A program made the translations under genes and the position numbers. A stretch of 64,000 bases of DNA from Ginglymostoma cirratum (taxonomy: Eukaryota): positions 22,702,212-22,766,211 of the forward strand of contig JAHRHZ010000021.1 in assembly GCA_024137785.1 (NCBI GenBank), in the 5' to 3' direction. Shown one piece after another: positions 1 to 12,639 of this stretch. Positions within the stretch are counted from its first letter, which is position 1. Each line of letters opens with the position of its first letter. Below the pieces are notes generated by a model. It was not told where the DNA came from and did not search any database. It was given only the letters and a program-made list of their open reading frames with translations.

Positions 1-351
1 TCTAGACGGAAGTAAATGAGTTTGCTGTTAATGTAGAAACCTGAGGTAAGACAGGTTTGATCCCCAAATAGATTTGATCCCCAAATCTATACCAATGTTT
101 ATGAATGAAAATAAATTACGTCGGGACCCGATTTAGGAATATCTGATTTACAATCGTTCATATTTATAAACGTAATCCCATACAAAGGTGTAATTTTAAA
201 GATCTGACATTCAAATGTTCCCTGTACTTATGAACTGCAATTTTATGTTGTCCGCATTGTGTTTCGACATGCATACAAATCAACTTGCAAACGGACTCCA
301 GAATGGAACCGGTTTGCCAACAGGGGACTGCCAGTTTGTACATTTACATAG

Positions 352-551
352 GATCAGAGAATCATAGAATCCCTAAAGGGTGGAAGCAGGCCTTTCAGCC
401 TATCGAGTCCACACCGATACTCCGAAGAGCGTCCCACCCATACGCACCCCCTGTCCTATCCCTCCATTTCCTACCCTAGACACTATGGGCAATTTGGCAT
501 AGCTATTCCACCTAACTTGCACATCTTTGGACTGTGGGAGGAAACCGGAGA
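352..551 (-). mobile_element. HE1/V-SINE-type shark SINE, 5'-truncated
   Basis: Reverse complement matches the 3' half of the copy at 14661-14947 (ctccggtttcctcccacagtccaaagatgtgc...aaattgcccatagtgt...gattctatga tail). Confidence 0.8.
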
Positions 552-1097
552 CATCTAGAATCTTTTTCTAGACAAGGCGAAAGAAGTTATTGGAAGACTG
601 AAGAAAAGGCTTTTTAAAAAATTCTTCATGGTGTGCGGGCAACTTCTTTTTCCCAATTGTTAATTGTCCTTGAATTGAGTGGTTTTCTTGTCTACTTCTG
701 AGAACAGTTAAGACTCAACCATATTACAGAGGTTCTGGACTTATATATAAACCAGACCAAGTAAGGATGACAGATTTCACTTCTTGAGGAATATCATGAA
801 TTCAGATGGGTTTTTATATCAATCAGTAGTTTCATGATCGCTATCACTAATACTTTCAAGTGGCTATCAATTCCCAGTTTATATTAATTGCATTTAAATT
901 CCATCAGCTGGAATACCAGATGATTAGCCATGACCTTTGGATTACCAATAGGCCACCATCTTTCCTCTGAATAGTAAAAATGTACTTAAGGAAAAATTAG
1001 TCAAGCATATGAGGGAGAAAGGGATCGTGTGTTACTGTAATACATTTATATAAGGAAAGATGGAAGAATGCTTGAGTGGTGCATAAACAGTAGTAGG

Positions 1098-1558
1098 TCT
1101 ACCAGGATGTTGCCTGTTATACGGGATTTTAGCTATGAAGAAAGGTTAGATAGACTGTGTTTGTTTTCACTGGAACACAGGAGGTTGATGGGCAACCTAA
1201 TAGAAGTTTATAAGATTGTGAATGGCATGGATAGAGTGGAAAGTATGAGGCTTTTTTCCCAGGTTGGAGGGGTTAATTACTAGGGAGCACAGATTCAGGG
1301 TGTGAGGGGGTATGTTTAAAAGAGATGTGCGAGGTACGTTTCTCACACAAAGTGTGGTGAGTGCCTGGAATGTGTTGCCACAGGAGTTGATGGAAGCAGA
1401 CATAATAGCAGCATGCAAGAAGCATCTGGATGAATACATGAATGGGAAGAAAATAGAGGGATATGAATCCTGTAAGTAAAGACAGTTTTAGTATGGAAGG
1501 GAAAAATGTGGCAGTGCAAGCTTGGAGGGCCGAAGGGCCTGTTGCTGTACTGTTCTTT
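1098..1558 (+). mobile_element. CR1 (HER1-like) LINE 3' fragment
   Basis: ORF2 C-terminus remnant (SYEERLDRLCLFSLEHRRLMGNLIEVYKIVNG) followed by the typical 3' UTR gggccgaagggcctgtt. Confidence 0.85.
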
Positions 1559-2213
1559 GTAGTATAGTTGACATACAGCGTAGCCAGAGAAGATCTTTGC
1601 AGCTTTTTGACAGCAGTTTGCAAAAATATTTCAAATGGCACATTACCAGCTGAAGTAGATCCTACATGAAACCAATCCTATGGTGCAGAACTCTGTTTCA
1701 GGTGATTTTGGTGGCTGAATGAAGGTCAAAGACAGACGGTAGGGGTGGGCTTTTAATGTGCTAAAAGAATGGTTATAACAGAGCTGCAGAAGTACAATGG
1801 GTAACCATATGGAACAATCAGATTTAGTACTGAAAAGTAAACATGCTAACTCCTCTTCGAGAGAGTAAATGCATCTGCATGGCGAAGATTTGGGTTTTAC
1901 AATAGACCTAATAGGACTGTATGATAAGATAAGCTCCCAATACGTGAAGGAAGCTGAAGTGTTGATTTAAGACTTCATAGTATTTTCTATGAACATGTCT
2001 GCTGCATTGTACCTCTGTGTGCTGTGGCACTTAACTGTCTCAATTGTTTGATATGCTGGGACTGAGGACAATAGCCTTGATCATCAAGAAACCATCCTTT
2101 CAACTTTTCTTTTAATCAGCCAATGAACTAGGAATTGTCTAAAGATGAGGGCATCATGACTTGCTGATAAGTGAACAGTGATTTGCATGGCCACCAGAAT
2201 CAACTTAGATTTA

Positions 2214-2399
2214 AGTTTTGTATGTTGTTGGGGAGATGCCCCTTTAAGAGAAATGGTCAAATAACATGCAAGGTCGGAGCTGGAGTCTGGTACTGGCAGT
2301 GGAGATGTGAGCATCTAAAATAAAGTGCTGCTATTCAGAATTTTACCTGTGCTTTCCTTGTGTATAATTCCTGGTTCCCAGCGAGTTACAAACTTAACA
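2214..2399 (+). repeat. 5' LTR of the Gypsy element
   Basis: Aligns by eye with 6945-7136 (gagcatctaaaa, ttacctgtgc.ttccttgtg.ataattc.tg.ttcccag.ga.ttacaa), ends in AACA and contains AATAAA. Confidence 0.85.
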
Positions 2400-4262
2400 T
2401 CTGTGGATGAGTGTGAACCTAACCTATGGACCATATATGTACGCTGTGTTTTTTGTCTAGAGAACATCTTCCCGACTACTGAAATTGTAGTGCGGAATTA
2501 AGGATGTAACGTCGAGGAAAACGGTTGCGGCCGGACTTGAGCTATGGCCGGTGTCAGTAAAGAAGGATCTCTCTGGGGAGTGGGTCGAGAACGGCGATTG
2601 AAGAAGAGTATCCACCTGGGAGCTACCAAATTTGTTGCGCAGAGCAATCATGAGGGGACTCAGGCTGTGGGTGATGCCAGGGAGGAATGGTATGCTCGCA
2701 TGGTAAGTGAGGGAGCAGCTGATGCAGGAGGGGACTTAAGCTGTGAACAGTTACTAGACTTGAGTGGCATGAAAACTAAATGGTGGGTCATTTTAGAGCA
2801 ATGGGACCATTCAGTGAAGATCAGAAAATTGGACTTTACACAGGTAACAATTCAATTCATTCTTAAAGGCGAACAAAATGGCTGAGAACGTCATAGTACT
2901 AATTTTCTTAAGTACCATCGAGATCAAGACTGTCGCAATTCTAAGGTGTTTGATACAACCAGAGAAACCCGTGGGGAAGACATTTCAAGACATATGTGAA
3001 GTATTAGTAAACTATTTTGTATCCAAGCTCCTGATGGTCATAGAATGGTTCCATTTTTACAGACAGGCACATGGCCACCTCAAAGAGGCTAGCGGAACAT
3101 TGTGAATTCAGAGGGTTCTCCAAGATATCCTGTGGGACTATTTGGATTATAGCCTCTGACATGAAACCATCCAACGGAAGCTATTAGCAAGGAAAGACCT
3201 CGATTTCAAAACAGCTTATGAAACTGTTACCTCAATGGAGTTGGCTGCCAATGAAGTAACCCAAAAGTTGGCTGACGATGCCTGGGTGCACCAAGTACTG
3301 GAAACTTGGCAGACTGTGATACCAAGTACTGAATACTGCTGATGTAGTAAGAGTGGCCACAAGGAGTCAGTATGTTGGACTTGAGAAGCCTAGTGCTGCA
3401 GGTGTAAGGAAGTGAATCATATTGCCTGAAATTAGTGGGTAGAACTCAACCAGAAAGGAAATCTAAAGGAGACAAGTCAGAGGGCAAGGCATAAGGTACA
3501 TGCTACCAGGGAGTCAGCCAAGTCTGCGGGAGAAGCCACAGGCCCAGATTTAGTGGAGTTCCGGTTAAACCTACTGTCGGTATAGGGTGAAGCTGATTGT
3601 TTCTGGGTTCTTCCCAAATTAGAAGGGAAAATCATAAAAATAGAAGTGGATATGAATGCAGCAGTGTACCTGATTCCTCAATCAATACACAGAGATACGT
3701 TAAAAGCACTATCATTGAAGCCAGCAAAGATTGCACTGCAGACTTAGATGGAACAAGTGGTGCCACTAAAGGGTTAAGCACTGGTGAAAGTACAGTTAAG
3801 GGACCAGTGTTTGGAACTGTCACTTTATATGTAAAAGACAAATACCCAGCATTATTTAGACAATCTTGATTACAAAATTTAAGGTTGAAATAGGGGACTG
3901 TTGATAGGTAGCAAGAGATCCTGGAAAGTACATCGATATCTTCAAAAGAACCCTGGGGGAAACAAAAGTTGTTGAAATTCAATTAGAATTGAAGTCAGAG
4001 GCTCGTCCTAAGAGTCTGAAGGCATATCCGGTACCATGTGGAGGTAGAACTGGAACAGCTGGTGAATCTGGGAGCATTGGAAGCAGTAACCACTAGTGAA
4101 TGGGCTACTCCAAACGTTCTGGTCTTAAAAACAGATGGCATGGTGAAGATTGGTGACTTTAAGATCACAGTCAACTCAGCCCTGAGTGTGGATCAATACC
4201 CCTTTCCACCCATTGAAGACCTATTCAGTGGACTGGCAAGGGAAAAGAAATTTTGAAAAATG

Positions 4263-4912
4263 GAGATAACAAGCATGGGGCTGGATGAACACAGCAGGTC
4301 AAGCAGCATCATAGGAGCAGGAAAACTTGACGTTTCGGGCCTAAACCCTTCATCAGAAAAATNNNNNNNNNNNNNNNNNNNNNNNNNNNNNNNNNNNNNN
4401 NNNNNNNNNNNNNNNNNNNNNNNNNNNNNNNNNNNNNNNNNNNNNNNNNNNNNNNNNNNNNNNNNNNNNNNNNNNNNNNNNNNNNNNNNNNNNNNNNNNN
4501 NNNNNNNNNNNNNNNNNNNNNNNNNNNNNNNNNNNNNNNNNNNNNNNNNNNNNNNNNNNNNNNNNNNNNNNNNNNNNNNNNNNNNNNNNNNNNNNNNNNN
4601 NNNNNNNNNNNNNNNNNNNNNNNNNNNNNNNNNNNNNNNNNNNNNNNNNNNNNNNNNNNNNNNNNNNNNNNNNNNNNNNNNNNNNNNNNNNNNNNNNNNN
4701 NNNNNNNNNNNNNNNNNNNNNNNNNNNNNNNNNNNNNNNNNNNNNNNNNNNNNNNNNNNNNNACCCTTCATCAGAAAAATCTGATTTCTGATGAAGGGTT
4801 TAGGCCCTAAACGTCAAGTTTTCCTGCTCCTATGATGCTGCTTGACCTGCTGTGTTCATCCAGCCCCATGCTTGTTATCTCGGATTCTCCAGCATCTGCA
4901 GTACCTTTTATC
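4263..4912. mobile_element. Penelope-like pLTR-derived inverted-repeat insertion carrying hammerhead motifs (spans a 400-N gap)
   Basis: Arms 4263-4359 and 4785-4912 are near-perfect reverse complements; flanked by a 13-bp direct repeat tttgaaaaatgga (4252-4264, 4913-4925); removing the insert rejoins the Gypsy RT (KF*KMDLLQAYQQM). Confidence 0.85.
4322..4361 (-). ncRNA. Minimal type I hammerhead ribozyme motif, core intact
   Basis: Minus strand reads UUU-CUGAUGA-A-GGGU-UUAG-GCCC-GAAA-CGUC-AAG: conserved core boxes, 4-bp stem II, loopless palindromic ACGU stem III, short stem I. Confidence 0.7.
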
Positions 4913-5720
4913 TTTGAAAAATGGATCTGTTGCAGGCCTATCAACAGATGAGGGTCGCAAAGGTGTCCCAACTGCTGCAGACAATGGTGACACATGGGAT
5001 GTTTTAGCTACAAGCGACTTTCTTTAGGCATCATATCAGTGCTAGCTCTGTTCCAGAGGGCCATGGATCAAATAGTAAGTGGATTGCCGGGAGTCCAGTG
5101 TTATCTGAATGATATTTTGATTACTGGATCCTCCAAAGAGGAGCATTGGAAAAATCTATAGGGGACCTTAAAAAGATTGCAGGAGCACAACATGAAAGTA
5201 AAAATGGTGAAATTCAAGTTTTTTTAATGATCCCATGGAGTACCTGAGCTATGTAATCAATGGCAATGGACTACCCAAGGCACACAAAAAAGATGGAGAT
5301 CATCATGCAGGCCCCTAGAGCAGACAGTGTGCCTTAACTGAGATCATTCTTCGGACTTATCAGTTGTTATAGCAAGTTCAACTCATGTCTGGCTACAGTG
5401 TTAAAGGCCCTGCATTGGTTGCTGGGAAAAGGCCGGCTGCGGAAATGGACCCCAGACTGTAATGTGGCTTACTGGAAGGTGAAGCAACCCTTCTAAAGGT
5501 CTGAAGTGTTAATGCATTTTGACCTAAAGTTGCCACTAGAGTTAATGTGGCGCTATACCTAATGGGGTTGATGCTGTACTGTCACAAATCTCACCGAATG
5601 GAGAGGAAAGGCACATTACATTTGCATCGAGATCGCTAATAAAGATGGAGGAGAATTATCCTCAAGTTGATAAAAAAGGATTGAGCATTGTGTTCGGTGT
5701 AAAAAGAAATTTACCCAGCA

Positions 5721-6682
5721 TGGCTGGAGACCAGTGTCCAGCTGTGTACCACAAGGATCAGTACTGGTACCCTTGTTGTTTTTTATGTACATAAATTATA
5801 TAGATGAAAACGTGGGTGGGATTGTTAATAAAGTTTGCAGACGATTCCAAGATCGGTAGGGTGGTTATTAGTGAGGAAGATTGTTGTAGGTTACAGGGAG
5901 ATGTAGATGGGTTGGTCAGATGGACAGAGCAGTATGAGGTGATGCACTTTTGAAGAAGGAATAAGATGAGGGAGTATTTAATGAATGCCAGGATGCTCAG
6001 AGGACAGAGGGATCTTGGGTAATTATTCATAGATCCCTGAAGTCGGCAGAGTACAAGAATAAGATAGTTAAGAAAACATTTGGGTCACTTGCTTTCATCA
6101 GTTGTGGCATAGAGTATATTAGCAAGGAGGTAATGTTGGAGTTGTACGGAACATTGGTTAGGCTGCAGCTGGAGTACTGTTTGCAGTTCTGGTTACTCCA
6201 CTGTGGGAAGGATATGATAGCACTAGAGGGGGTACAGAAGCGTTCCACCGGGATGTTGCCTTGTATAGGCTTGGATTGTGTACTTTAAAGCAGAGAAGCC
6301 TGAGGGGTGACCCACTTGAGGTATATAAGACTATGAGGGGTACGGACAGGGTGAGTAGGGAATAGCTTTTCCCCTTGGGTAAAGGATCAATCACAAGGGG
6401 CATAGTTTTCGGGTAAGGGGCAGGAGATTCAAAGAGGAATTAACAAAAAACCTTTTCACTCAGAGAGTGGTGGGAATCTGGAACTACCGCCTGGGAAGAT
6501 AGTGGAGGCCAGAAACCTTACAACCTTTAAAAAATATTTGGTTGAACACTTGAAATATAATATACAAGGGTATGGCACAAATGCAGGAAATTGGGATTTG
6601 TGTGCCTTTATTGGTAGTTATTGTTGGTGCAAACTTGATAGGCCAAAGGGCGTCTTCTGTGTTCTATGACTCTATGACTCTA
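5721..6682 (+). mobile_element. CR1 (HER1-like) LINE fragment nested in Gypsy RNase H
   Basis: RT motifs (VPQGSVLVP, KFADDSK), ORF2 C-terminus and tandem tail ttctatgactctatgactcta. Confidence 0.9.
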
Positions 6683-6944
6683 CTTACTTTATGGCAGGCA
6701 CTTTGTGCTTCTGACTAACCACAGAAGCCTGGGAAATTATACTAGAACGGGTTCCAGACATGAGGAGACAGTTGTCCGGAAATTGCCATCCTCCTGAGAG
6801 ATTGATCATGTCAATGTTGTGTACAGAACATCTTGCATAGCAGGAGTGGTTGTTTTCCATGTTCTTGTAACCATGCCTGTGCAACCTTTCTATGGTTGTA
6901 TATGTGTGGATTAATGGGGCTTGTTTAAAATCAAGGGGGAGGAG

Positions 6945-7136
6945 TGTTATATATGTAGTTGGGGTGCTGTCCCTCTAAGAGAGCTGGTAAGGTAACTCAC
7001 AAGGGCAGAGCAGGAGACTCAGTCTAGTACCAGCTGTGGAGGTCCGAGCATCTAAAACAAACAGTTTCTGTTCGCAGTGTTACCTGTGCCTTCCTTGTGC
7101 ATAATTCTTGTTTCCCAGTGAATTACAAGCTGAACA
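6945..7136 (+). repeat. 3' LTR of the Gypsy element
   Basis: TGT...ACA termini, directly after the polypurine tract; homologous to 2214-2399. Confidence 0.88.
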
Positions 7137-10100
7137 AATTTGAGGCATATTCAGTCACTGCAATACTTTTGAAGCAGAACCTTCAAGCATAGTTTTCCTG
7201 AGACATTTTCAGGCAGTTGTGTCAGTGGCTTTAATAACGAATCACCTGTGGCTCATACAAATTAGCCTCATGTTCCTTTTTTCAGTCCTTTCTTCTCACA
7301 AGAACAGAGAAAGGCAAAAAAAAGTCTCCTTTGTGATCTCGTATTTGGAGGTCGTATTGGAGTAACAATAAAAGTTTCTGGTAAAACATACCTGGTCAAA
7401 AGCATCCAAAAACAGAGGAAATGGCAAAGAAAGCTGACGTGGAATTGTCATAAGCTTAGAATTAAAGTCTACTTTCACAAATGCTCCAAATAAGTTAACA
7501 CTGGTTTTCTCGGTCCAGCATGTAACGGAATCTGATTTTATGTTTTACATGGAAAATTGCACAATACAATTCTGCAAACAAAACCTCAGGAGCCCGATTA
7601 CTTTCTCGTTAAATTAAGGTCTCTAACCATTTTAGCTCACAGTACTTTAGATCAAAGTAGAAGCTTTCCAGAAACTGATGCACAGAATGGATGAATGTTC
7701 AGATATTCTTCTCCACATTTCTCAGCTTGGATAATGGCAGCATTATCCTATGTTATGTACGATTGGGTATCATACTTCGTCGGTGTCATACTGCTTCTCT
7801 GTTTCTTCTGTAATGACTTCACCTGAATTATTTAAGCAATTGCAAGAACAGTAAATCTATTTCCAGAATCCATTGCTTTGAAATGTATCTGCCTTTAAGC
7901 ACTGCCATAACTCAATCTTCTGTGTTCTGAAACCCAGATTCCAGTACTCCACCTTTCTGTCAGGGCTCTGGACATCATCACCTGAACTCTCTCCCATTGA
8001 AAAGCCAAATGGGCGTCAGAGCTGAGTCTTACGCTATTTTTGGCTGTCAATTTTGGTGAGTTTCAAAGGGGTTTTTCTCTGCAAGGCCTCACAAGATAAC
8101 TTGCTGCATCTTCCAAGCCCTGCCTCATTAACAAAGTCCACTATTGTCTTGTATACTCTTCCTAGTGGTTCATACCGGTGATCAACACCAATAGCCTGTC
8201 TTCCATAGCCTCATGCTCCAAATGTCAAAGAGCATAACCCTCATTTACATTGATGTTCCCCTGTCATCTATCCTTGTGCCCACCTCAATACATGCCTCTG
8301 CTTTCTCTCTGCAAGCTTGGAGCTCCATCCCCTTTTGCCAATGAGCTCTTTCCCTTTTTCTATAGGGACCTCCCCCCCACCCCCGACCTTGTTGCCTCAG
8401 ACTACGCAACACATAGACTCTCAGGCTTGTATACGCTTCTGACCTATAATTGACGTCAATAGACAATATATAAACATGTCTGACCAGACCCCTGATCACT
8501 GTCTTTGCAGATCGCAGACTGACAATTTTTGATTATCTGTTTGTAATAGCCCTAGAGAACTGATTGTAGCACATTCCCGAGACTGTAGTCTTGGCCAAGT
8601 GGATAACCGACTGTGTTCAATCTCTTGGACTATTTGCAGACTGTGCTTATACCTGATGTTACCAAGATTCCTTGACTGGAGTGAGTACTGCCCAGTGGAT
8701 ACTTTCAGACATGGCTATTTTGTTGAATAAACATGCAATGGCACACACAGTTGGTGTGCAATTGACAACTCACTGTGTTATATAGTAAATATGTCCCCCT
8801 CCACATGATCTGATCCACACTGACAAGCTTCACAAGTGACCTGTCTGTATGTCTGCATAAAAGAGCTCATCAATATGTTAGAGTGATAGTCTTTAGGCTT
8901 TACCTGAAGCATGGATACTCTAACAGGCATTGAGGTAGGTACACAGTGAATAACAGAGCAAGTGAGGTGCCTGAGATGCAGCCTGGTCCAATACATGAAC
9001 TGGGTGACTTGACTTTAATACTGCCTTGTTAGAATCAGTTCTCAGAGTGTCAGTATCTCTGACACTTCCCTTTTTATCTGTCATCCAGGGCACTCATATT
9101 GGACCAGATTAACAGCCCCAATCAGGAACTCTACAAGGTCCAGCTGGGTAACATCATTACTGTCACTACACTTTGAATTGTTGCCACTGCACCCTGAAAT
9201 GCAGGTCTCAACTCTCTGCAAGTGAATCGGAAAGCTGCCATGAAGATTATAAGAGGTTGAAAATGATAGGATGCAGTGAGTTATTCCCAAAATTAAGAAA
9301 TGTTTCTTTTGACATCTTGTATGATTCTACCAGATTTCATTGCCATAGCCCATGTTTTTCAGGCTCCTGTAAGTTTCTGCTGTTAGTCGTTATGGGTGCT
9401 TAGATAGAAGAAAGGCCAAAACCTGGATGTGCATAAGTGACTACATATGTTACAGTGAAAGCCAGATGAGTTGTCTGATGATCCAGATATTTAACAGGCA
9501 GCTCTCACAAATTCATGGCTTCAAATTTATTCAGACTAACTTTGGGCACTTAACAGGGTGGTCTCTGATTGATTACAATTTCCATGGTATCGAGGTTAAC
9601 ATTGCAAAAATTCTATGCAGCCTTTAGTACACATTCATAATATTTCCTGTGCCTACTTTTTTTATAGTGTACCCTGCAGTCACAAAAGTTTTTGTGCATT
9701 CCATTTGATTTGTACACCATTGATGAAGGTGGAAATGGCACAGTTTGTGGGATATTGAATATAAATCTCCCTTGCATAGATTCATAGCTCTTGAATGCCT
9801 CAAGCAGAACCAAAGCAAATCAAACATTGAACAGAGTAGGAGTGAGAACTCAATCTTGTTTGACACTGTTATAAAATGTGATTGCGTGCAACCTTGATCC
9901 ATCAGTGAAATAAAAACATCTGAACTTTAGAGGAATCTCCCACAGTGGATTACAATTCACTAAATAAAATGTCATTCTGAAGCCTACAAATGCCACATAA
10001 ATGTTCTGCTACTTCTTTCTACACTGTCCTTTATTTGAAAAGCTGTGAAAATCATGTTAGATGATTTTCAACCAGCAAAATAAAAACTATTTTTAACTGA

Positions 10101-11479
10101 AGTTTAAATGGAAATACCCTTTATTTTTACTTTTGTATAAATACTTAAACATACAAATATATTGTTCTAACAACTACATGTTAGTTGTGTGTCAATGAAA
10201 TGTTTAATTTTGAAGCTGATCTTCCAATACCCTTTATAATTGTTAACACGACCAAAAATAAATGAACAAATTAGTTATCAGATTCTTTTACGTGAAATCT
10301 TGCTGGCTAGTACAGAAACAATAATATGTTTGAACATTGTAGCTTTTCTGAAAGGTTTGATGAAGCAACATGTAAATATCAGTCTTGCTTTATTTAATGA
10401 TTGGTCGTTTTATAGACAACCAGATATTTTTCCTTGATGATGCAGTAGGCTGTAAATGCTTTTATTTAATTAAACATTGTGAGCTGAATCATACCTGAAA
10501 TTGTCCAAGTGTCATTTTTGGTGACTGTCATGGAAGGTTTCTCTCTGCAAATCCTAATGAGTTTTTTTTTGTGCTGCTTTCCCAAACTGCCTCATTTACT
10601 ACCCACTCACCCCGCGTGTAGCTTGCATCCACCTTCTCATGTTATCTCATTTGCCATGGGTAGAATTATTGGATTTGCAGGACCTCCCAAGATTCCTGGT
10701 ACCATTGCCATCTTTAAAGCCCAATCATGTACTCGGCTCAAGCTCTACATGGTCCATTTGTTTGCCAGTGGGGACCTGCAACTCCTGCTGGATGGGGGCT
10801 GCTTGCAGTTACTGGCTACGTAGCACACTTTGAGATGTTGGTGATTGATGGAGTTCTGGAGGAGTAAATGGCAAATTAGATTCAGTAGGTTACCACATTG
10901 ACTTTCATTTTGGGAATTATTGCTGGATAATCCTTCTGCAGCAGGTGGGAAAAAAGGAAACTGCATATCAATAAGGAGAGATAACATAGTAATGAGGATA
11001 CTAATGCATGCTAATAGCCTCATATTGCCCACTAGCAAGAATCTCTTTGTTGGAAAATGAGATTTTTTTAGTTTCAACAACAGATAGCTCCTCGCTACTA
11101 AACTCATGTGATTGTCCCAACTTCCTTGCCAATGCTCACAATGTTCAGAGTTATATCAACCCTTATAATTATAGCTAGTATTCAAAATCTATGTAAGATA
11201 CTGTATGATTTGCACAGAAATCTGCAGTAAAAACATTTAATTGAGGGATTAATATTTAACTCTTTTGGGTTTCTTTTCAAAGCAAAAGATACAATTAAAG
11301 AAGATCAAGTGCTCCTTCTATCAGCCTTATGGCTCAATACAGCCTTATTCCTTGGATCCTACTGCAGTATTAAAATTTAGAAACAGGTAACATTACAGGT
11401 GTGACCCAAATGATTCAAATAGAAATCTTTACTGTTCATTGAATTCATCTTAAGTGAAGGTAACCTATCAATTAAAAAA

Positions 11480-11720
11480 CAAAAAAATACCATGAACATG
11501 TTCAATATTGGGTTCAAAGCGAAAATCGTTGCTCAATACGTGACTACAAATTACACAGCTTGCAAAACCCTGTGAATTTGCACAACCAAAAAATGATCTG
11601 ATGAAAGATAGACAGTATGACAAATTGAATACAAATGTGTTGCCTGTATTTCTCTGAAGATTTTCTGTAATTAAGCAAATCACAATGAAAACACAACATT
11701 GTTTGCAATTTTATTACAGC
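11480..11720 (+). mobile_element. Gypsy gag remnant
   Basis: Fragmentary translation QYVT...QLAKPCEFAQPKNDLMKDR resembles Gypsy gag; nucleotide similarity to 12840-12925. Confidence 0.5.
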
Positions 11721-12639
11721 AACTTAGTTTCTGCCAAGAATCTACAAATTGATGAGTTTATTAGTAATGGAATTTGGTAAAATCCAGTAGATTAGAAATG
11801 GTACTAAAGTTGAAGTCACAATGCATAATACATGCCACATTTGTATCTAGCCCAGTGCAAATTTTGTCAGGTCGATCAGCTTAGTTGGAGGACACCAAGG
11901 GTTAAAGTTCATCAAAACATAAATTTGGTGCAGGGGTTGCAGCTCACAATCTGCCACAACTGTTCCCGTTGAGGCAGGTATTATGCAATATTTATATTAC
12001 CCACTCATAGGAATGACTTCGGTAAATAGCCTGGTTACACTGCCTGGCTACACACTTGAAAAAGAGTCTAACACCTCACAATGTGTTCCAATTAGCCTCC
12101 AGTTCTTGAAGTCAGTCTTGCCCTGCGAAAGATAGCTGCAGTGAATTAAAGAAGTATTTTTCGCACTGTCAGTGTTGTAATTGGAGAGAAAGGAAATGGA
12201 AGACTATGGCAGAGAGAGGGCCCTGCAGTTCACAAATGTATCTCTGCAAATTTTAGTTGTTTAGTTTAGAAATGTAATACCGTACCACTATAACTCCTGG
12301 CTCCCTGGAGTCAAATGACTTTTGCAAAAAGACAGTGACTGGGGCATCCATTTGCACACAATATCAATAAAATCCCAGTACAGGCAATATGGTATTGGTT
12401 TGAATGCATAACATGGTGTCAGAAGTGGAGCTCAGGCTGAGCGTTGAGGAGCCATAACTAAAAGAGAGAAACAATAATATTCAGAGCTGTAAAAGCTGCA
12501 AAAAGCACATGAATGATACTGAAAAGGAACAATAGAAGCTAGCCACAGCTGAAACACTGTGTGAGTCACATGCCATGACTTTTCTTTCTTTTCCCAGGCC
12601 TGGTTGAAATAAAAGCTGATATGAAATAGAGCTGGCAGT

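Larger units (their letters stand above)
2214..7136 (+). mobile_element. Decayed Ty3/Gypsy LTR retrotransposon (gag-PR-RT-RNase H remnants, integrase deleted)
   Basis: Two diverged direct repeats at 2214-2399 and 6945-7136; PPT aagggggaggag (6933-6944) abuts TGT of the 3' LTR; gag-like 2880-3400; protease-like IEVDMNAAVYLI near 3640; RT SEWATPNVLVLKTDG...DFKITVN...DQYPFPPIEDLF (4038-4256); YLNDILITG near 5100; RNase H region 5500-5720 continuing at 6683. Many stops and frameshifts. Confidence 0.9.

Noticed and set aside
4193-4784. Long ORFs crossing the N gaps (also 48577-49398 and 48737-49351)
   Set aside because: Artefacts of translating N runs; the flanking peptides come from the non-coding repeat arms.
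2205-7145. TSD and PBS of the Gypsy element
   Set aside because: Flanks (attta versus aattt) do not match cleanly and the sequence after the 5' LTR is too decayed to assign a primer tRNA.
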